Of a stretch of 64,000 nt of DNA, positions 25,341-35,661 are shown piece after piece. Source of the stretch: Limisphaerales bacterium. GTDB lineage: Bacteria > Verrucomicrobiota > Verrucomicrobiia > Limisphaerales > AAA164-E04. Positions within the stretch are counted from its first letter, which is position 1; each line of letters opens with the position of its first letter. Made by a program: the position numbers and the translations under genes. The notes beneath the pieces were generated by a model. That model searched no databases, was not told the origin of the DNA, and was given only the letters and a program-made list of their open reading frames with translations. The DNA is taken from positions 9,449,524 through 9,513,523 of the forward strand of contig OZ245740.1 of the NCBI GenBank assembly GCA_965227305.1. Reading direction: 5' to 3'.

Positions 25341-27767
25341 ATGAGTTTGAGGACGGACAGATTCGATTTGAGAAACACTCGGAGTTGGTTCCCGGGTTGT
25401 TGGCTTTTGGGGATGACCTTCTTGCTAGTCGGGGGGGGCTTTTCGTTGGCCGAGTTGCAGGGGCAGGGTGAGCCGTTAGTGCGAGCTTCGTTTGAGGCGG
25501 GAGTGGCGAAGAAGGCCTCCACCCGCGCATGGGAGGCTACCGGCGGGGTGGTGTGGGGGGACGGCTTTACGGGGCGGGCACCGCAGTTTTCGGTTCCGGG
25601 TGCGAGTTTGGTTTTCCCTTTAGGTCAGGACGGTTTGGATCCCTGGCTGTCCCCGACGGAAGGCAGTATCCGGTTTCGGTTTCGCCCCGAGTGGCGATCG
25701 GGGAAGGGACCGGGACATTATGCGAGTTTCTTTTCCATCGGAGAGTGGGCTCCAGAGCCTACGGTGGGTTACTGGGCGTTGACGACGAATCCGGACGGGA
25801 CTCAGATCATTTTCTCCGGACAATCAGCTGAAGGCGGAACGACGTTTCTGGCGGCACCGGTGTTGTTTGAACCGGATCGATGGTATGACCTGATGCTGGT
25901 GTATTCCGGAGCCGCGTCTCGGTTAAGCCTGGATGGTGCCGTGATTGGAAATGGGAAAGGGGTTGTGACCCCGCCTCCCCTGTCGGCCTTGAAGCAATAC
26001 GGGCTTCGAATCGGGAACAATCATCGGGGGCATCAACCCATCCGTGGGCGCTTGGACGAGTTTGAGTATTTCGGTGGCCCGCGGAGCAGTTTTTTGCAAC
26101 GGCGCGACGCGTATGCGCTGTCCGCCACCGTCACGGAAGATCCGTGGCGGGTGCAGTTGGTATGGCGATCTCGATCGAAGCGGCGGGATTCGGTGCGGCG
26201 ACGAAAGTTAGGCGACTCGGAGTGGACGCTGAAAAACGGCTCCTTGAAGGGAAATCGATACACCGACTCGGATCCAGGGTTTGCGGCGGGGCAGCGTTAT
26301 GAATATGCCGTTGGGTCTCGGCGGGTCGTGGTTGGGTTGGGACGTCAGCCTGCAACGGAACGACGGGGCCGTGTCCTGCTAGTCGTGACTAAGGATTTGG
26401 GGCGCCGGATTGCTGGAGAACTCGGTCGTTTTAGTTTGGACCTGGTGGGAGACGGCTGGGAGATCGAACAGGCTTGGGTTTCCGAGCACCGGTCTTCGAT
26501 TCGCAGTCGCTACCGTCGATTGGTGGGAGAGGTGAAAGATCGGATCCGGGCCTTTTATCAGAAAGCGCCTAGCGATGATAACGTCGTGCTCTTGATTGGC
26601 AATGTGCCCATCCCGTATTCCGGCGCCTACGCTGAAGATGGGCATGAAGGGGTTCGAGACGATCACCGGGGGGGCTGGCCTTGCGATGCCTTCTATGGGG
26701 ACATGGATGGGAGATGGACGGATACTTCCGTGGATCACACGAATCGAACGCACGGGTCCAATACCAATCGACCGGGCGATGGACGGTTCGACCAAGACTT
26801 CCTCCCTTCCGCTTTGGAACTCGCGGTGAGTCGAATTGATTTCTCCAATCTCCCGAGCATCACAGGAGCTTCATTACCTGGGAAACCCACGCGGGCCAGC
26901 CGGATCGAGGCGGGATTGATGCAGCGTTATTTTGAGAAGAACCATGCGTATCGGCATGGCGAATGGAATGTGGCCCTTCGGAGTGTGGCACAGAACTATT
27001 TGCCTCAGAAGTTGTGGGCGAACATGGATCAGAATGCGTTTCGAAATGGCGCCGCTTTATTTGGGACGGCGCCGAACTCGGTGATGGAGGCGGATTGTTT
27101 TCAGGTGCAGCAGCCGGTTTCTTGGGCGTTTTTTGCCGGCTATGGCGGGAGTCAATCCGTGGGGTCCGGACGCTATCAAACGGCATTTTTGAACCGGCCC
27201 GACTTTGGTGCGCACGCGGTATTTATCATGCTTTACGCTTCGTGGAGTGCCGATTGGAACCTGCGCGATAGTTTTACCAAGTCGTTGTTGGTTTCCCCGA
27301 TGTCGGGCTTGGTGGCCATGAGCTCGCTGCATGGGCAGTGGCAATTGGGACCGATGGCCTTGGGCGAACCTCTGTCGTTCTGCTATCTACAGACGGCCAA
27401 TCGCGAACGAGCCGGAAAGGGGGTTCGGCGTTCGATGGGAGTGTTGGGAGATGCCACGTTGCGTTTGCATGTCGCGCCGCCAGTGTCGTCCGTGCGAGGC
27501 CGGGTTGACGGTGCCGGGGTGGAATTGACCTGGCAGTATGGGGAGGCATTAACCGGGGATTTGGGGGTGTATGTGTATCGAGCCGCGTCCGTCTTAGGAC
27601 CTTACTCTCGGGTGTCGGGTGCCGTGCCGGTGGCGGGAACGACCTTTCGGGATACTAGGCCGCCAGCGGGTGAACCGTTTTACTTGATTCGACGAGCCGT
27701 GGAGACCAGCAGTCCGGCAGGGCGATACGTGAATTTGAGCCAGGGCCGTTTCTGGAAACTGCCCTAG
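25341..27767 (+). CDS. Exported LamG (concanavalin-A-like) + FN3-like + unknown C-terminal domain protein
   Basis: The start is taken at the ATG at 25341 (MSLRTDRFDLRNTRSWFPGCWLLGMTFLLVGGGFSLA). The LamG-like block is GSIRFRFRPEW...WYDLMLVYSGAASRLSLDGAVIG. The later block VVLLIGNVPIPYSGAYAEDGHEGVRDDHRGGWPCDAFYGDMDGRWTD belongs to no family I can name. Confidence 0.7.
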   Translation: MSLRTDRFDLRNTRSWFPGCWLLGMTFLLVGGGFSLAELQGQGEPLVRASFEAGVAKKASTRAWEATGGVVWGDGFTGRAPQFSVPGASLVFPLGQDGLDPWLSPTEGSIRFRFRPEWRSGKGPGHYASFFSIGEWAPEPTVGYWALTTNPDGTQIIFSGQSAEGGTTFLAAPVLFEPDRWYDLMLVYSGAASRLSLDGAVIGNGKGVVTPPPLSALKQYGLRIGNNHRGHQPIRGRLDEFEYFGGPRSSFLQRRDAYALSATVTEDPWRVQLVWRSRSKRRDSVRRRKLGDSEWTLKNGSLKGNRYTDSDPGFAAGQRYEYAVGSRRVVVGLGRQPATERRGRVLLVVTKDLGRRIAGELGRFSLDLVGDGWEIEQAWVSEHRSSIRSRYRRLVGEVKDRIRAFYQKAPSDDNVVLLIGNVPIPYSGAYAEDGHEGVRDDHRGGWPCDAFYGDMDGRWTDTSVDHTNRTHGSNTNRPGDGRFDQDFLPSALELAVSRIDFSNLPSITGASLPGKPTRASRIEAGLMQRYFEKNHAYRHGEWNVALRSVAQNYLPQKLWANMDQNAFRNGAALFGTAPNSVMEADCFQVQQPVSWAFFAGYGGSQSVGSGRYQTAFLNRPDFGAHAVFIMLYASWSADWNLRDSFTKSLLVSPMSGLVAMSSLHGQWQLGPMALGEPLSFCYLQTANRERAGKGVRRSMGVLGDATLRLHVAPPVSSVRGRVDGAGVELTWQYGEALTGDLGVYVYRAASVLGPYSRVSGAVPVAGTTFRDTRPPAGEPFYLIRRAVETSSPAGRYVNLSQGRFWKLP

Positions 27768-27810
27768 CTCTCTGCCGGTTGCGCCCAATGGGCGATAAGC
27801 ATCCCAGGTC

Positions 27811-30800
27811 CTAGAGCGAGTTCAGGAAGGCGAGCAGGTCTTTGATCGCTTCTTCCGAGGCGTGTTCGAGCAGTCCGGCGGGCATGAGCGAACTGGCCAA
27901 AGGTTGCAGGGTGGCAATATCTGCTTTGGGCAAGGTGACGATCTGAGTTTGGGTGGCGATCACCACCGTGTCCCCGCTTTGTTCAGTGACGAAGCCGTTG
28001 TAGACATCGCCGTCCTGGGTTTCGATCTCCGTGGCGCGGAAACGCTCGGCGACTTCTTTTGATGGTTCGAGGATGGCGTCCGCCAGTTGGTCCCGGGTGA
28101 GCCGGCGAGTCACACCAGCCAGATCCGGACCGAAGACCTGCCCAGGAATTTCTGGTACGCCCTGGTGACAGGTATGGCATTGGAGTTGCAAGTAGAGGGT
28201 GCGGCCATCGGCACTGGATCCGGCGTCGAGAGCGGTTTCCGTGAGAATCCGACGGCGTTGCTCGGCGGTGAGTGTGGGGGCGGTAGCGGGTGTTGGAGTT
28301 TCGGTCGGTAGAGCTTGATCCGTGTGTTGAGCGTGCCAGTTGGACCAATAGGTGGCGATGATGCCCTGCTCAAGTGGGTTTGTGGTGGAATCATCGAACA
28401 CGTCACCCCAAGGAGAAACACCTTCGGCGCCGAGATCCCGGGCCGGGCTCCAGGACGGATCAGATTCATCCGTCTGAGGCCAGTCAGCGGGACGACTCGG
28501 TCGAGCTTGCCAGGCAACGTTGGAGATTAGACGTTTCACCGTATGGCCGTCTGCACTCGGCCAAGTCAGGCTGGCTAAGAGGCCGGCGGTTGGGTCCCAG
28601 GATTTGGCTTCGATGACCAGCTCGTGGTTTCCCTCGCTCAGCGAGAGTGGCTCGGAATGCGGGGATTGCCAATCGTCTCCGTCGGCGATGGCTTCGCCGT
28701 TCAGATACGCCTTAAAGGTATTGTCTCCGGAGATTTGGAGTACGCCTGTCGTGGCGTGTTCCACCTGAAACTGGCGGCGGAAGAAGGCCTCGGGCTCGGA
28801 TGCGGATTTTTCCCGGGCCCAGATCCAGCGCGGTTTGGGGAGTTGGGATTGGCGCGAGTGTCCGGTGATCAGAGTGGCGAGTTGATCGAGTGTGGTGGCG
28901 GCGCGGGGATGTTGCCGGAGTTGATTCAAGGTCGTGGCGAGCGCCGTGGGTTGGCTCTCCGCAGTATTGAGCCTAAGAGCTTGAAGGGTAGCGTCACGGC
29001 CGCTCTGGAGGCCGACTTGAAGGATGGGTTGGAGACTTTGCTCTAGGGCTTCGTGGTTGGTGGCATCACGGGCGGCCTGCCAGAGTAGCGAGAGGTCCTG
29101 CAATTCCGCTCCTTGGGTGATGAGGAGCTCGGTCAGACGGGTGCGGAGTAGTGGGGAGCCGCTCGTGTCAGCGAGTTGTTCGCGGGCCAGTGCTTTGGCC
29201 GCGGGCATGGGACGGCGCTTCAAGGCTTCCAGTAATACCAGCCGCTCGGGTTCGCTCTCGGACCGGTGGTAGAGGGCGATGAGTTGGTCGGGGTTCTCAT
29301 GCTGTTTGACCAGCGCATCGATGGTAAGCTTGCCCAATTGGCTCGTGGGGAGGAGCTGGTCAAAGCTTTGCTCTAGTGCCTGCAGGTGTTGTTGGGTAAA
29401 CCGGCTGAGCACCGTGCCCCAGAAACTCGGGAACTGCAGGCCTTTACCGGAGAACTCGGTAAACCACCCGGATTGATTCTGGATGAGCCATTGGACCAGT
29501 CCGTCTCTTAGCTCAGGTGTCCAGCCGGTATTGAGATAGGAGAGTGCGGATGCTAGGTGGAACTGCGTCACGGGATCGCTTTCCGTAACGAGGGCTTCCA
29601 AGAGTTTGGGAACAGCGGCATCGACTTGGTATTGGCCCAAGAGTCGCGCTTGTTCCCAACGGATCTCGGGATCGGTGTGGGGAAAATTCTGGCTCAAGTG
29701 TTGGTGGATTCGCGCGCGGGCGTCCGGCGAATTGCTCAACGCCTCCTCATAGATGCCGAGAACGCGGAGGAAATCCAACTGCTGCGAGCGTTCGCTGGGG
29801 AGCACGTTGAACAGCCGTTCGATGGCTGAGACGAGTCGGTTCGTTTCGGGGTGCTCACGACGGACGTCGGCTGCCACCAGGGCGCGCATGAGGCGTTGTG
29901 GGGCGTCTGAATTGAGGGCGGAGTCGATCCAGCTTTCGGTTGGTAGGTGGGCGAGGGCCTGCATCGCTGCATAACGGACGGAACGATCCTCATCCTCCAA
30001 CGCGGTCAGGAGGTAGGGGATGTTTCGTGGGGTGGCCACCCGCGTGAGTGCTTCGGCGGAACGACGTCGGACGAAGGCTGAGGAATCCTCCAGTAGCGGA
30101 TACAAGATCTGGGGCGCGTAGCGGGCGCGTTGCAGTCCGGTGATCCAGGCGGCTTGCGCCCGCAGTTCCTCGTGGGGAGACTTCGCGAGCCGGAGATAGA
30201 AGCTGCCGGAGATCCGCTTGTATTCTGGGGACAAGAGGCGGAGTGCCCGCAGCCGGTCTTCCAGTGGGATGCCCTCGTTGAGCACGTAGCGCTGGAGTGC
30301 GGGGCGCCAGGAGAAACGAAGCTGCTTTTTGGCTTCGAGGATCTGGAGGCGCGTCCACTCGGATTGGGGCTGAGGGAGTTGGAGGACTTGCTTAATGACA
30401 CGGTCACGGGCTTTCTCAAGGGTGATTCGTGGCGGAAGGATGGCGGGAATCTCTACACTCGAATCCGATTCGTTGGCGTAAAAGAGACGCCAGACTCCCT
30501 GGTTGTGGTCGGTGATAAAGAGACTGCCGTCCGGCGCCACGGTGACGTCGACGACCGCAAAGTCGATGGGGGTTCCATCCGGCATGCGAGCTTCCGCTTT
30601 TGGGATCGCCAATACTTCCATGGCGGAACTCCAGGTGGCTCCGGAGCGTTCGAGCGGGAATGACAACACGCGACCGCTGGAGTTGTAGTTGCCGGCCGTT
30701 GCCGATTTCCACCGGTAGTCGCAGACGATGAAGGCGTTTTGATAATGATCGGGCAGTTGGTGGTGTTCGTAGAACGTGCCCCATGTGGGGGAACCTCTTC

Positions 30801-31611
30801 CGGCGTCGGCGATGCCCGGGATGGTGTCGATGTAGTACGGCGGGTAGGCGCCCACGCCTTGCCAGCCGAGATCCGCGCCGACCGCCCAATGGTTGAGACG
30901 CACGGGGCGGTACCACGGCACATCCACGTGCCACTCCATGTCGCTATCGAGGCTGAAGAGTTCTCCGAGGTAATTCATTCCCAGGTTGGGAGGATTGCGC
31001 CCGCCGGCGCTGACGCATTCCCATTGGTCGCCTGCGAGATTGAAGCGAAAGACCGAGGCGTTCCGTTCGCGAAGTACGGGTGAGCTTACTTCGGTGATGT
31101 GCATGCGGTCCCGCGTGCCGCCGCCGTCTCCCGTGACGAAGTAGATCCAGTCATCGTGACCTCGTAGCAACGTGTGCGCCGCATGGTCGCCACCGGTGTG
31201 AAACGGTTCGCCAATGCGTCCCTGGTGTTGGGGGTTTTCCGGATAGCCGGTGTAGAGTTGGACGCCATCGCCGCCCACGGCATAGAGCTGATCGTCGTGA
31301 ACCAGGATTCCTTGGGGACCTCGAGGTCCGAGGCCGCCAACGACGGGCTCGGCTTGCTCGTAGACGCCGTCTTGGTCTGAATCCAGGAGTCGGTGAATGG
31401 CGTTACCCGTGCCCACGAGGAGGGTGCCTTGTCCATCGAAGCTCAGAACGTAGGAGCCTCCGGTCAGTTCGGGCTGAGCTGCTTTGTAGATGTGGAAGCC
31501 GTCGGGCAGTTCGAATTGGTCATCCAAAAGCACCGGTGCGCCGAGGCAGAGGGTTGCCTTAATGATTCCGGTGATGGCGAGCAGGATGAAGGGATGGGAC
31601 GTCGGTCTCAT
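27811..31611 (-). CDS. PVC-type 'membrane-bound dehydrogenase domain' / HEAT-repeat / C-terminal heme-binding (CXXCH) protein
   Basis: 1266 aa with a signal peptide. The N-terminal beta-propeller-like region contains DGSLFITDHNQGVWRL. HEAT-like repeats are present (VRRRSAEALTRV, VRYAAMQALAHL). The C-terminal module LQCHTCHQG...GPDLAGV...ILEPSKEV...GFVTEQSGDTVVI...LLAFLNSL matches, from memory, the Pirellula/Verrucomicrobium-type heme-binding domain. Confidence 0.8.
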   Translation of the reverse strand: MRPTSHPFILLAITGIIKATLCLGAPVLLDDQFELPDGFHIYKAAQPELTGGSYVLSFDGQGTLLVGTGNAIHRLLDSDQDGVYEQAEPVVGGLGPRGPQGILVHDDQLYAVGGDGVQLYTGYPENPQHQGRIGEPFHTGGDHAAHTLLRGHDDWIYFVTGDGGGTRDRMHITEVSSPVLRERNASVFRFNLAGDQWECVSAGGRNPPNLGMNYLGELFSLDSDMEWHVDVPWYRPVRLNHWAVGADLGWQGVGAYPPYYIDTIPGIADAGRGSPTWGTFYEHHQLPDHYQNAFIVCDYRWKSATAGNYNSSGRVLSFPLERSGATWSSAMEVLAIPKAEARMPDGTPIDFAVVDVTVAPDGSLFITDHNQGVWRLFYANESDSSVEIPAILPPRITLEKARDRVIKQVLQLPQPQSEWTRLQILEAKKQLRFSWRPALQRYVLNEGIPLEDRLRALRLLSPEYKRISGSFYLRLAKSPHEELRAQAAWITGLQRARYAPQILYPLLEDSSAFVRRRSAEALTRVATPRNIPYLLTALEDEDRSVRYAAMQALAHLPTESWIDSALNSDAPQRLMRALVAADVRREHPETNRLVSAIERLFNVLPSERSQQLDFLRVLGIYEEALSNSPDARARIHQHLSQNFPHTDPEIRWEQARLLGQYQVDAAVPKLLEALVTESDPVTQFHLASALSYLNTGWTPELRDGLVQWLIQNQSGWFTEFSGKGLQFPSFWGTVLSRFTQQHLQALEQSFDQLLPTSQLGKLTIDALVKQHENPDQLIALYHRSESEPERLVLLEALKRRPMPAAKALAREQLADTSGSPLLRTRLTELLITQGAELQDLSLLWQAARDATNHEALEQSLQPILQVGLQSGRDATLQALRLNTAESQPTALATTLNQLRQHPRAATTLDQLATLITGHSRQSQLPKPRWIWAREKSASEPEAFFRRQFQVEHATTGVLQISGDNTFKAYLNGEAIADGDDWQSPHSEPLSLSEGNHELVIEAKSWDPTAGLLASLTWPSADGHTVKRLISNVAWQARPSRPADWPQTDESDPSWSPARDLGAEGVSPWGDVFDDSTTNPLEQGIIATYWSNWHAQHTDQALPTETPTPATAPTLTAEQRRRILTETALDAGSSADGRTLYLQLQCHTCHQGVPEIPGQVFGPDLAGVTRRLTRDQLADAILEPSKEVAERFRATEIETQDGDVYNGFVTEQSGDTVVIATQTQIVTLPKADIATLQPLASSLMPAGLLEHASEEAIKDLLAFLNSL

Positions 31612-31617
31612 AGTGTT

Positions 31618-32682
31618 TTACAACTTGGTGCCCGAGGGCGTGGGATCCAGGGGGAGGTCGATGGCTTGACCCGTGGTTTGACTCTGGTGGACGGCTTCGG
31701 TGAATTCCATATAACGAACGCCGTCTTCGAAACGCGTATGGGAGATGGTCTCTTGGCCGCGGATGGCGCGGATGAATTCTTCTTCGACTCGCCATCCGCC
31801 TTGTTCTTCGGGCTGAACGGTTACCGAGTGCCAATCCGAATCGCCGCGACGGGCTTGTCTCAGCGTGCCGTCGTGAAAATGAAGCACGGCTTGATCGCCG
31901 GTGAGCCGGATGCCGTCATCGGTGCGGAACGGCGAGACGGCGGATTCCTGCAAATGGAGTTGGACGTTGTCGGCCATGGTGGCGAGCACGTCCAAGTGTT
32001 CTGGAACTTCGATCGCGTGGTTTTGACCGGATTCGTCTTTGCGATGGGGAGTAAAGATTTTGCCCAGGGCCACGACGCGTTCCGCGGGGCCGACCCAGCG
32101 CATGATGGCCTCGTAGTAGATGCCCATGGTCATCACATTCAAGCCGCTCCGGGTGCGGTCCTGCCGCCAATGGAGCGGTGCCTCGGAATCAAGGAAGGCG
32201 CCGCCGTGGCGACACTCGATAGTGAGGAGTCGACCTAAAGTGCCTTCACGGAGGAAGCGGCGGATGGTTTGGTCAACGCCGAGCGTCATGGGGGAGGGGA
32301 CGACTTGAGTGATGAGGTGCGGGCGTTGTTTCGCGGCCGCGAGCATTTGATGGGCCTCGCTCGCATCCATCGCCATGCGGGCTTCGGTGAGCACGTGCTT
32401 GTCGTTCGCTAGGGCGGCTAGGGTGACGGGACAATGTAGATTGGGCCAGGTCCCGATGACGACCGCGTCCACATTGGGATCGCTGACGGCGTCCTCCCGA
32501 CTCGGGTAAACGGTCGGGATGGAAAAGGTTTCAGCGACCTTGCGGGCGGATGCTTCGGAACGGTTGACGACGCCTTGGATGACCACGCCGGGGATTGCTT
32601 GGAGAAGCGGGAGGTGCTTGGCGCGGGTGTTGGCACCAGCTCCAACCACACTGATGCGGATGGGGTCGTTGGACGAACTCAT
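31618..32682 (-). CDS. Gfo/Idh/MocA-family NAD(P)-dependent oxidoreductase
   Basis: Rossmann N-terminus IRISVVGAGANTRAKHLPLLQAIPGVVIQGVVNRS...KHVLTEARMA. The start is taken at the ATG at 32682 (MSSSNDPIRISVVG). It lies 6 nt upstream of the dehydrogenase gene. Confidence 0.85.
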   Translation of the reverse strand: MSSSNDPIRISVVGAGANTRAKHLPLLQAIPGVVIQGVVNRSEASARKVAETFSIPTVYPSREDAVSDPNVDAVVIGTWPNLHCPVTLAALANDKHVLTEARMAMDASEAHQMLAAAKQRPHLITQVVPSPMTLGVDQTIRRFLREGTLGRLLTIECRHGGAFLDSEAPLHWRQDRTRSGLNVMTMGIYYEAIMRWVGPAERVVALGKIFTPHRKDESGQNHAIEVPEHLDVLATMADNVQLHLQESAVSPFRTDDGIRLTGDQAVLHFHDGTLRQARRGDSDWHSVTVQPEEQGGWRVEEEFIRAIRGQETISHTRFEDGVRYMEFTEAVHQSQTTGQAIDLPLDPTPSGTKL

Positions 32683-33114
32683 GACTTCGGGCGAGGGGAG
32701 GTTGGCTGATGTGGGCGAAACTTTCAATCCTCGCTTCTGGGAGTTGGGGGAGGGTGATTTAGTGTGCGGGGGCATCGGATCGGAAGGATGCGGTAGGTTT
32801 CCCATTGGAGCAGGAGAAAGAAAGAGTCCACCAAAGGGAAAGCGGCAGCCCTGCTCCCGCACTCCATAAGAGAGGGCTGACTCCGAAGGAGCGGTTGACC
32901 TGTTATTGGAGCTGGTGAAGTAAGGAGACCCACAAGGTGAAGCTGAATGCCGACTTGAGAGAGTTTATCGAATTTTTCCACTCAAGGGGAGCTAGGTTGA
33001 TCGGGCAAACTCCTGTGGATTGGATTTGCTGAATTTCTGGTCATCTCGATCCGACTCAATCCTGTTGGTTGCCGTTGCATCGACTTCGGATTCAATCTAT
33101 GCTGGCGATCGTCC

Positions 33115-35658
33115 ATGAACGATTCCGTGTACTTTCGGTATGGCCTTCGATCGTTGTTCGTCTTCGTCGGAGTGTTATTGTTCTTTAGTGTTGCTGCTCC
33201 TGTCTCGACGGAGGCGGTGGAGCCAACCGTAGACTTCGAATCCCAGATTCTCCCGATCCTTAGCGAAAACTGTTTTCAATGTCACGGTCCGGACAAGCGC
33301 CAACGCAAGGCGGGGCTGCGGCTCGACCAGCGCGCCGCGGCTTTGTCGGTGTTGGATTCCGGGGAACGGGCTTTGGTGCCGGGGCAGGCTGAGGCGAGTG
33401 GTTTGATCCAGCGGATTCGGACTGAGGATCCGGATGATCGCATGCCGCCGGAGGATTCTGGAAAGTCGTTGACGACTGATGAAATCGAGGTCTTGGCCCA
33501 ATGGGTGAATCAAGGCGCGCCGTATCCCAAGCATTGGGCCTATCGGCCGCTCATGGACCCATCGATTCCGACGACGAGTTATCCCGGCAGTGAACATCCC
33601 GTCGATGCCTTCGTCGCGGCCCGGTTGGAATCCGAGGGTGTGGTGCCTTCACCAGAGGCGGATCGGCATACCTTGATTAAGCGTTTGTACTACGACCTCT
33701 TGGGCTTGATCCCGGATCCCGATGAGGTCGCCGCGTTTGTCGGGGATCGTTCTGATTCGGCCTATGATCGTCTCGTTGATCGACTCTTGGACTCGAAACA
33801 CTTTGGCGAGCGATGGGGGCGACACTGGTTGGATAAGGCGCGCTATGCGGATTCCGATGGGTATGAGAAGGATAATGCGCGGCCGAACGCGTGGCGGTAC
33901 CGGGATTGGGTGATCGATGCGATCAATGAGGATCTGCCCTTTGACGTATTCACGATGGAGCAATTGGCGGGCGATCTTTTACCGGCCGCTACCGATGAGC
34001 AACGATTGGCGACGGCCTTCCATCGTCAAACCCTAACCAACACCGAGGGGGGAACGGATCGCGAGCAGTGGCGGGTTGCGGCAGTGATGGATCGTTTGGA
34101 AACCACAGGTTCCGTTTGGCTCGGATTGACGGTGGGTTGTGCGCGCTGTCATACCCACAAGTATGATGCTATCACCCATGAGGAGTATTATCAGATGTAC
34201 GCATTCTTCAACAATGGGGATGAAACCACCACGGAACTCGTTAAGTCGCCGCAGGCGCTCCGGGCCTATCAGCGTGCTTATCCGGCTTATCGAGTGAAAG
34301 AGCAGGCTTTGGAAGAAGCCATTCAGGAACGAGAGGCCGCCTTGGCTGAGGGGCAAGCCGAGTGGGAAGCCGCGACCCGGAAGGCTCTGGAAGCCGGAGG
34401 GGCTCTGGATCTGTCCGATGCGGTTAAAGAGGCGTTGGATGTGGCTGTTGCCGAGCGAAACGAGAAACAGAAGAAAACGATTCGCACGCAGATCCAATCG
34501 GAGGACGAACCCTTGAAGGGGTTGAAGAAGTCTTTAGGGGAGCTCAAAAAGACGGCTCCGGCTCCACCGCATCTGAAGGTTCGGGTGGTGACCCAGCGTC
34601 TTAAGGATGCGCGGGATACCCGTGTGCTTGAGCGTGGAGAATTTACCAAGCCACAGCAAGCGGTCGAGCCGGGGGTGCTGGCGGTCTTGCCTGAGCTTGT
34701 GGGAAGGGAGCCCAAGCAACGTCCGGATCGATTGGATTTTGCCCAGTGGCTCGTCCGTGAGGACAATCCCTTGCCGGCTCGCGTGGCGGTGAATCATGTT
34801 TGGGCGAACTTGTTCGGTCAGGGGTTAGTGGCGACTCGAAATGATTTTGGGGTGCGCGGAGAACGACCTAGCCATCCCGAGTTGTTGGATCATTTAGCGC
34901 GGAAGTTCATGGCGCTTGGTTGGTCCCGCAAGGCGCTGATTCGGTATATCGTATCGTCGGCGACGTACCGGCGGAGTTCCGATCACCGGCCGGAACTCAT
35001 GGATCGTGATCCGAAGAACCAACTACTAGCCCGGCAGAATCGGTTTCGGGTAGAAGCGGAGATTGTCCGCGACTTGTATCTCGGGGTTGCCGGGTTGCTG
35101 TCGTCCAAGGTTGGTGGTCCCAGTGTGTTTCCACCTACGAGCAAAGATGTGGTGGCCTTGACATACAACAGTAGTGTGAAGTGGAACTTGAGTCCGGGAG
35201 AGGACCGGTATCGTCGCGGGATGTATACATTCTTCAAACGAACGGCGCCGCATCCCAATTTGATGACCTTTGATTGTCCGGATTCGAACACGACGTGCAT
35301 TGAACGCAATCGCTCCAATACCCCTTTGGCGGCCCTGGCAACCCTGAACAACAAAGTCTTTGTGGAGGCGGCCAGAGCCTTCGCTCAGCGTGTTCTGGCA
35401 TGGGACGATTTGAAGGACGAGGACCGGCTGAATCGGGCCTTCTTGACGGCTGCCGTGCGGTTGCCGCAACCCGATGAACTCGCGAGTCTGGTCGAATTAT
35501 TGACTGAGGCCCGGGCCCACTATCAGGCGAATCCAGAGGACGCATCCCTGTGGTTGGCTCAGCAGGATGGGGATGCCTCCGAGACCGCTGAATTGGCGGC
35601 GTGGGGGGTGTGTTTACGAGTGATCCTCAATCTTGATGAAGTGATTAATCGAAGCTGA
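33115..35658 (+). CDS. PSCyt1 + DUF1549 + DUF1553 (PSD1-type) protein
   Basis: CFQCHGPDKRQRKAGLRLD (Planctomycete cytochrome c domain), FGERWGRHWLDKARYADSDGYEKD (DUF1549-like), GCARCHTHKYDAITHEEYYQMYAFFN (DUF1553-like). Confidence 0.88.
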   Translation: MNDSVYFRYGLRSLFVFVGVLLFFSVAAPVSTEAVEPTVDFESQILPILSENCFQCHGPDKRQRKAGLRLDQRAAALSVLDSGERALVPGQAEASGLIQRIRTEDPDDRMPPEDSGKSLTTDEIEVLAQWVNQGAPYPKHWAYRPLMDPSIPTTSYPGSEHPVDAFVAARLESEGVVPSPEADRHTLIKRLYYDLLGLIPDPDEVAAFVGDRSDSAYDRLVDRLLDSKHFGERWGRHWLDKARYADSDGYEKDNARPNAWRYRDWVIDAINEDLPFDVFTMEQLAGDLLPAATDEQRLATAFHRQTLTNTEGGTDREQWRVAAVMDRLETTGSVWLGLTVGCARCHTHKYDAITHEEYYQMYAFFNNGDETTTELVKSPQALRAYQRAYPAYRVKEQALEEAIQEREAALAEGQAEWEAATRKALEAGGALDLSDAVKEALDVAVAERNEKQKKTIRTQIQSEDEPLKGLKKSLGELKKTAPAPPHLKVRVVTQRLKDARDTRVLERGEFTKPQQAVEPGVLAVLPELVGREPKQRPDRLDFAQWLVREDNPLPARVAVNHVWANLFGQGLVATRNDFGVRGERPSHPELLDHLARKFMALGWSRKALIRYIVSSATYRRSSDHRPELMDRDPKNQLLARQNRFRVEAEIVRDLYLGVAGLLSSKVGGPSVFPPTSKDVVALTYNSSVKWNLSPGEDRYRRGMYTFFKRTAPHPNLMTFDCPDSNTTCIERNRSNTPLAALATLNNKVFVEAARAFAQRVLAWDDLKDEDRLNRAFLTAAVRLPQPDELASLVELLTEARAHYQANPEDASLWLAQQDGDASETAELAAWGVCLRVILNLDEVINRS

Positions 35659-35661
35659 TTC

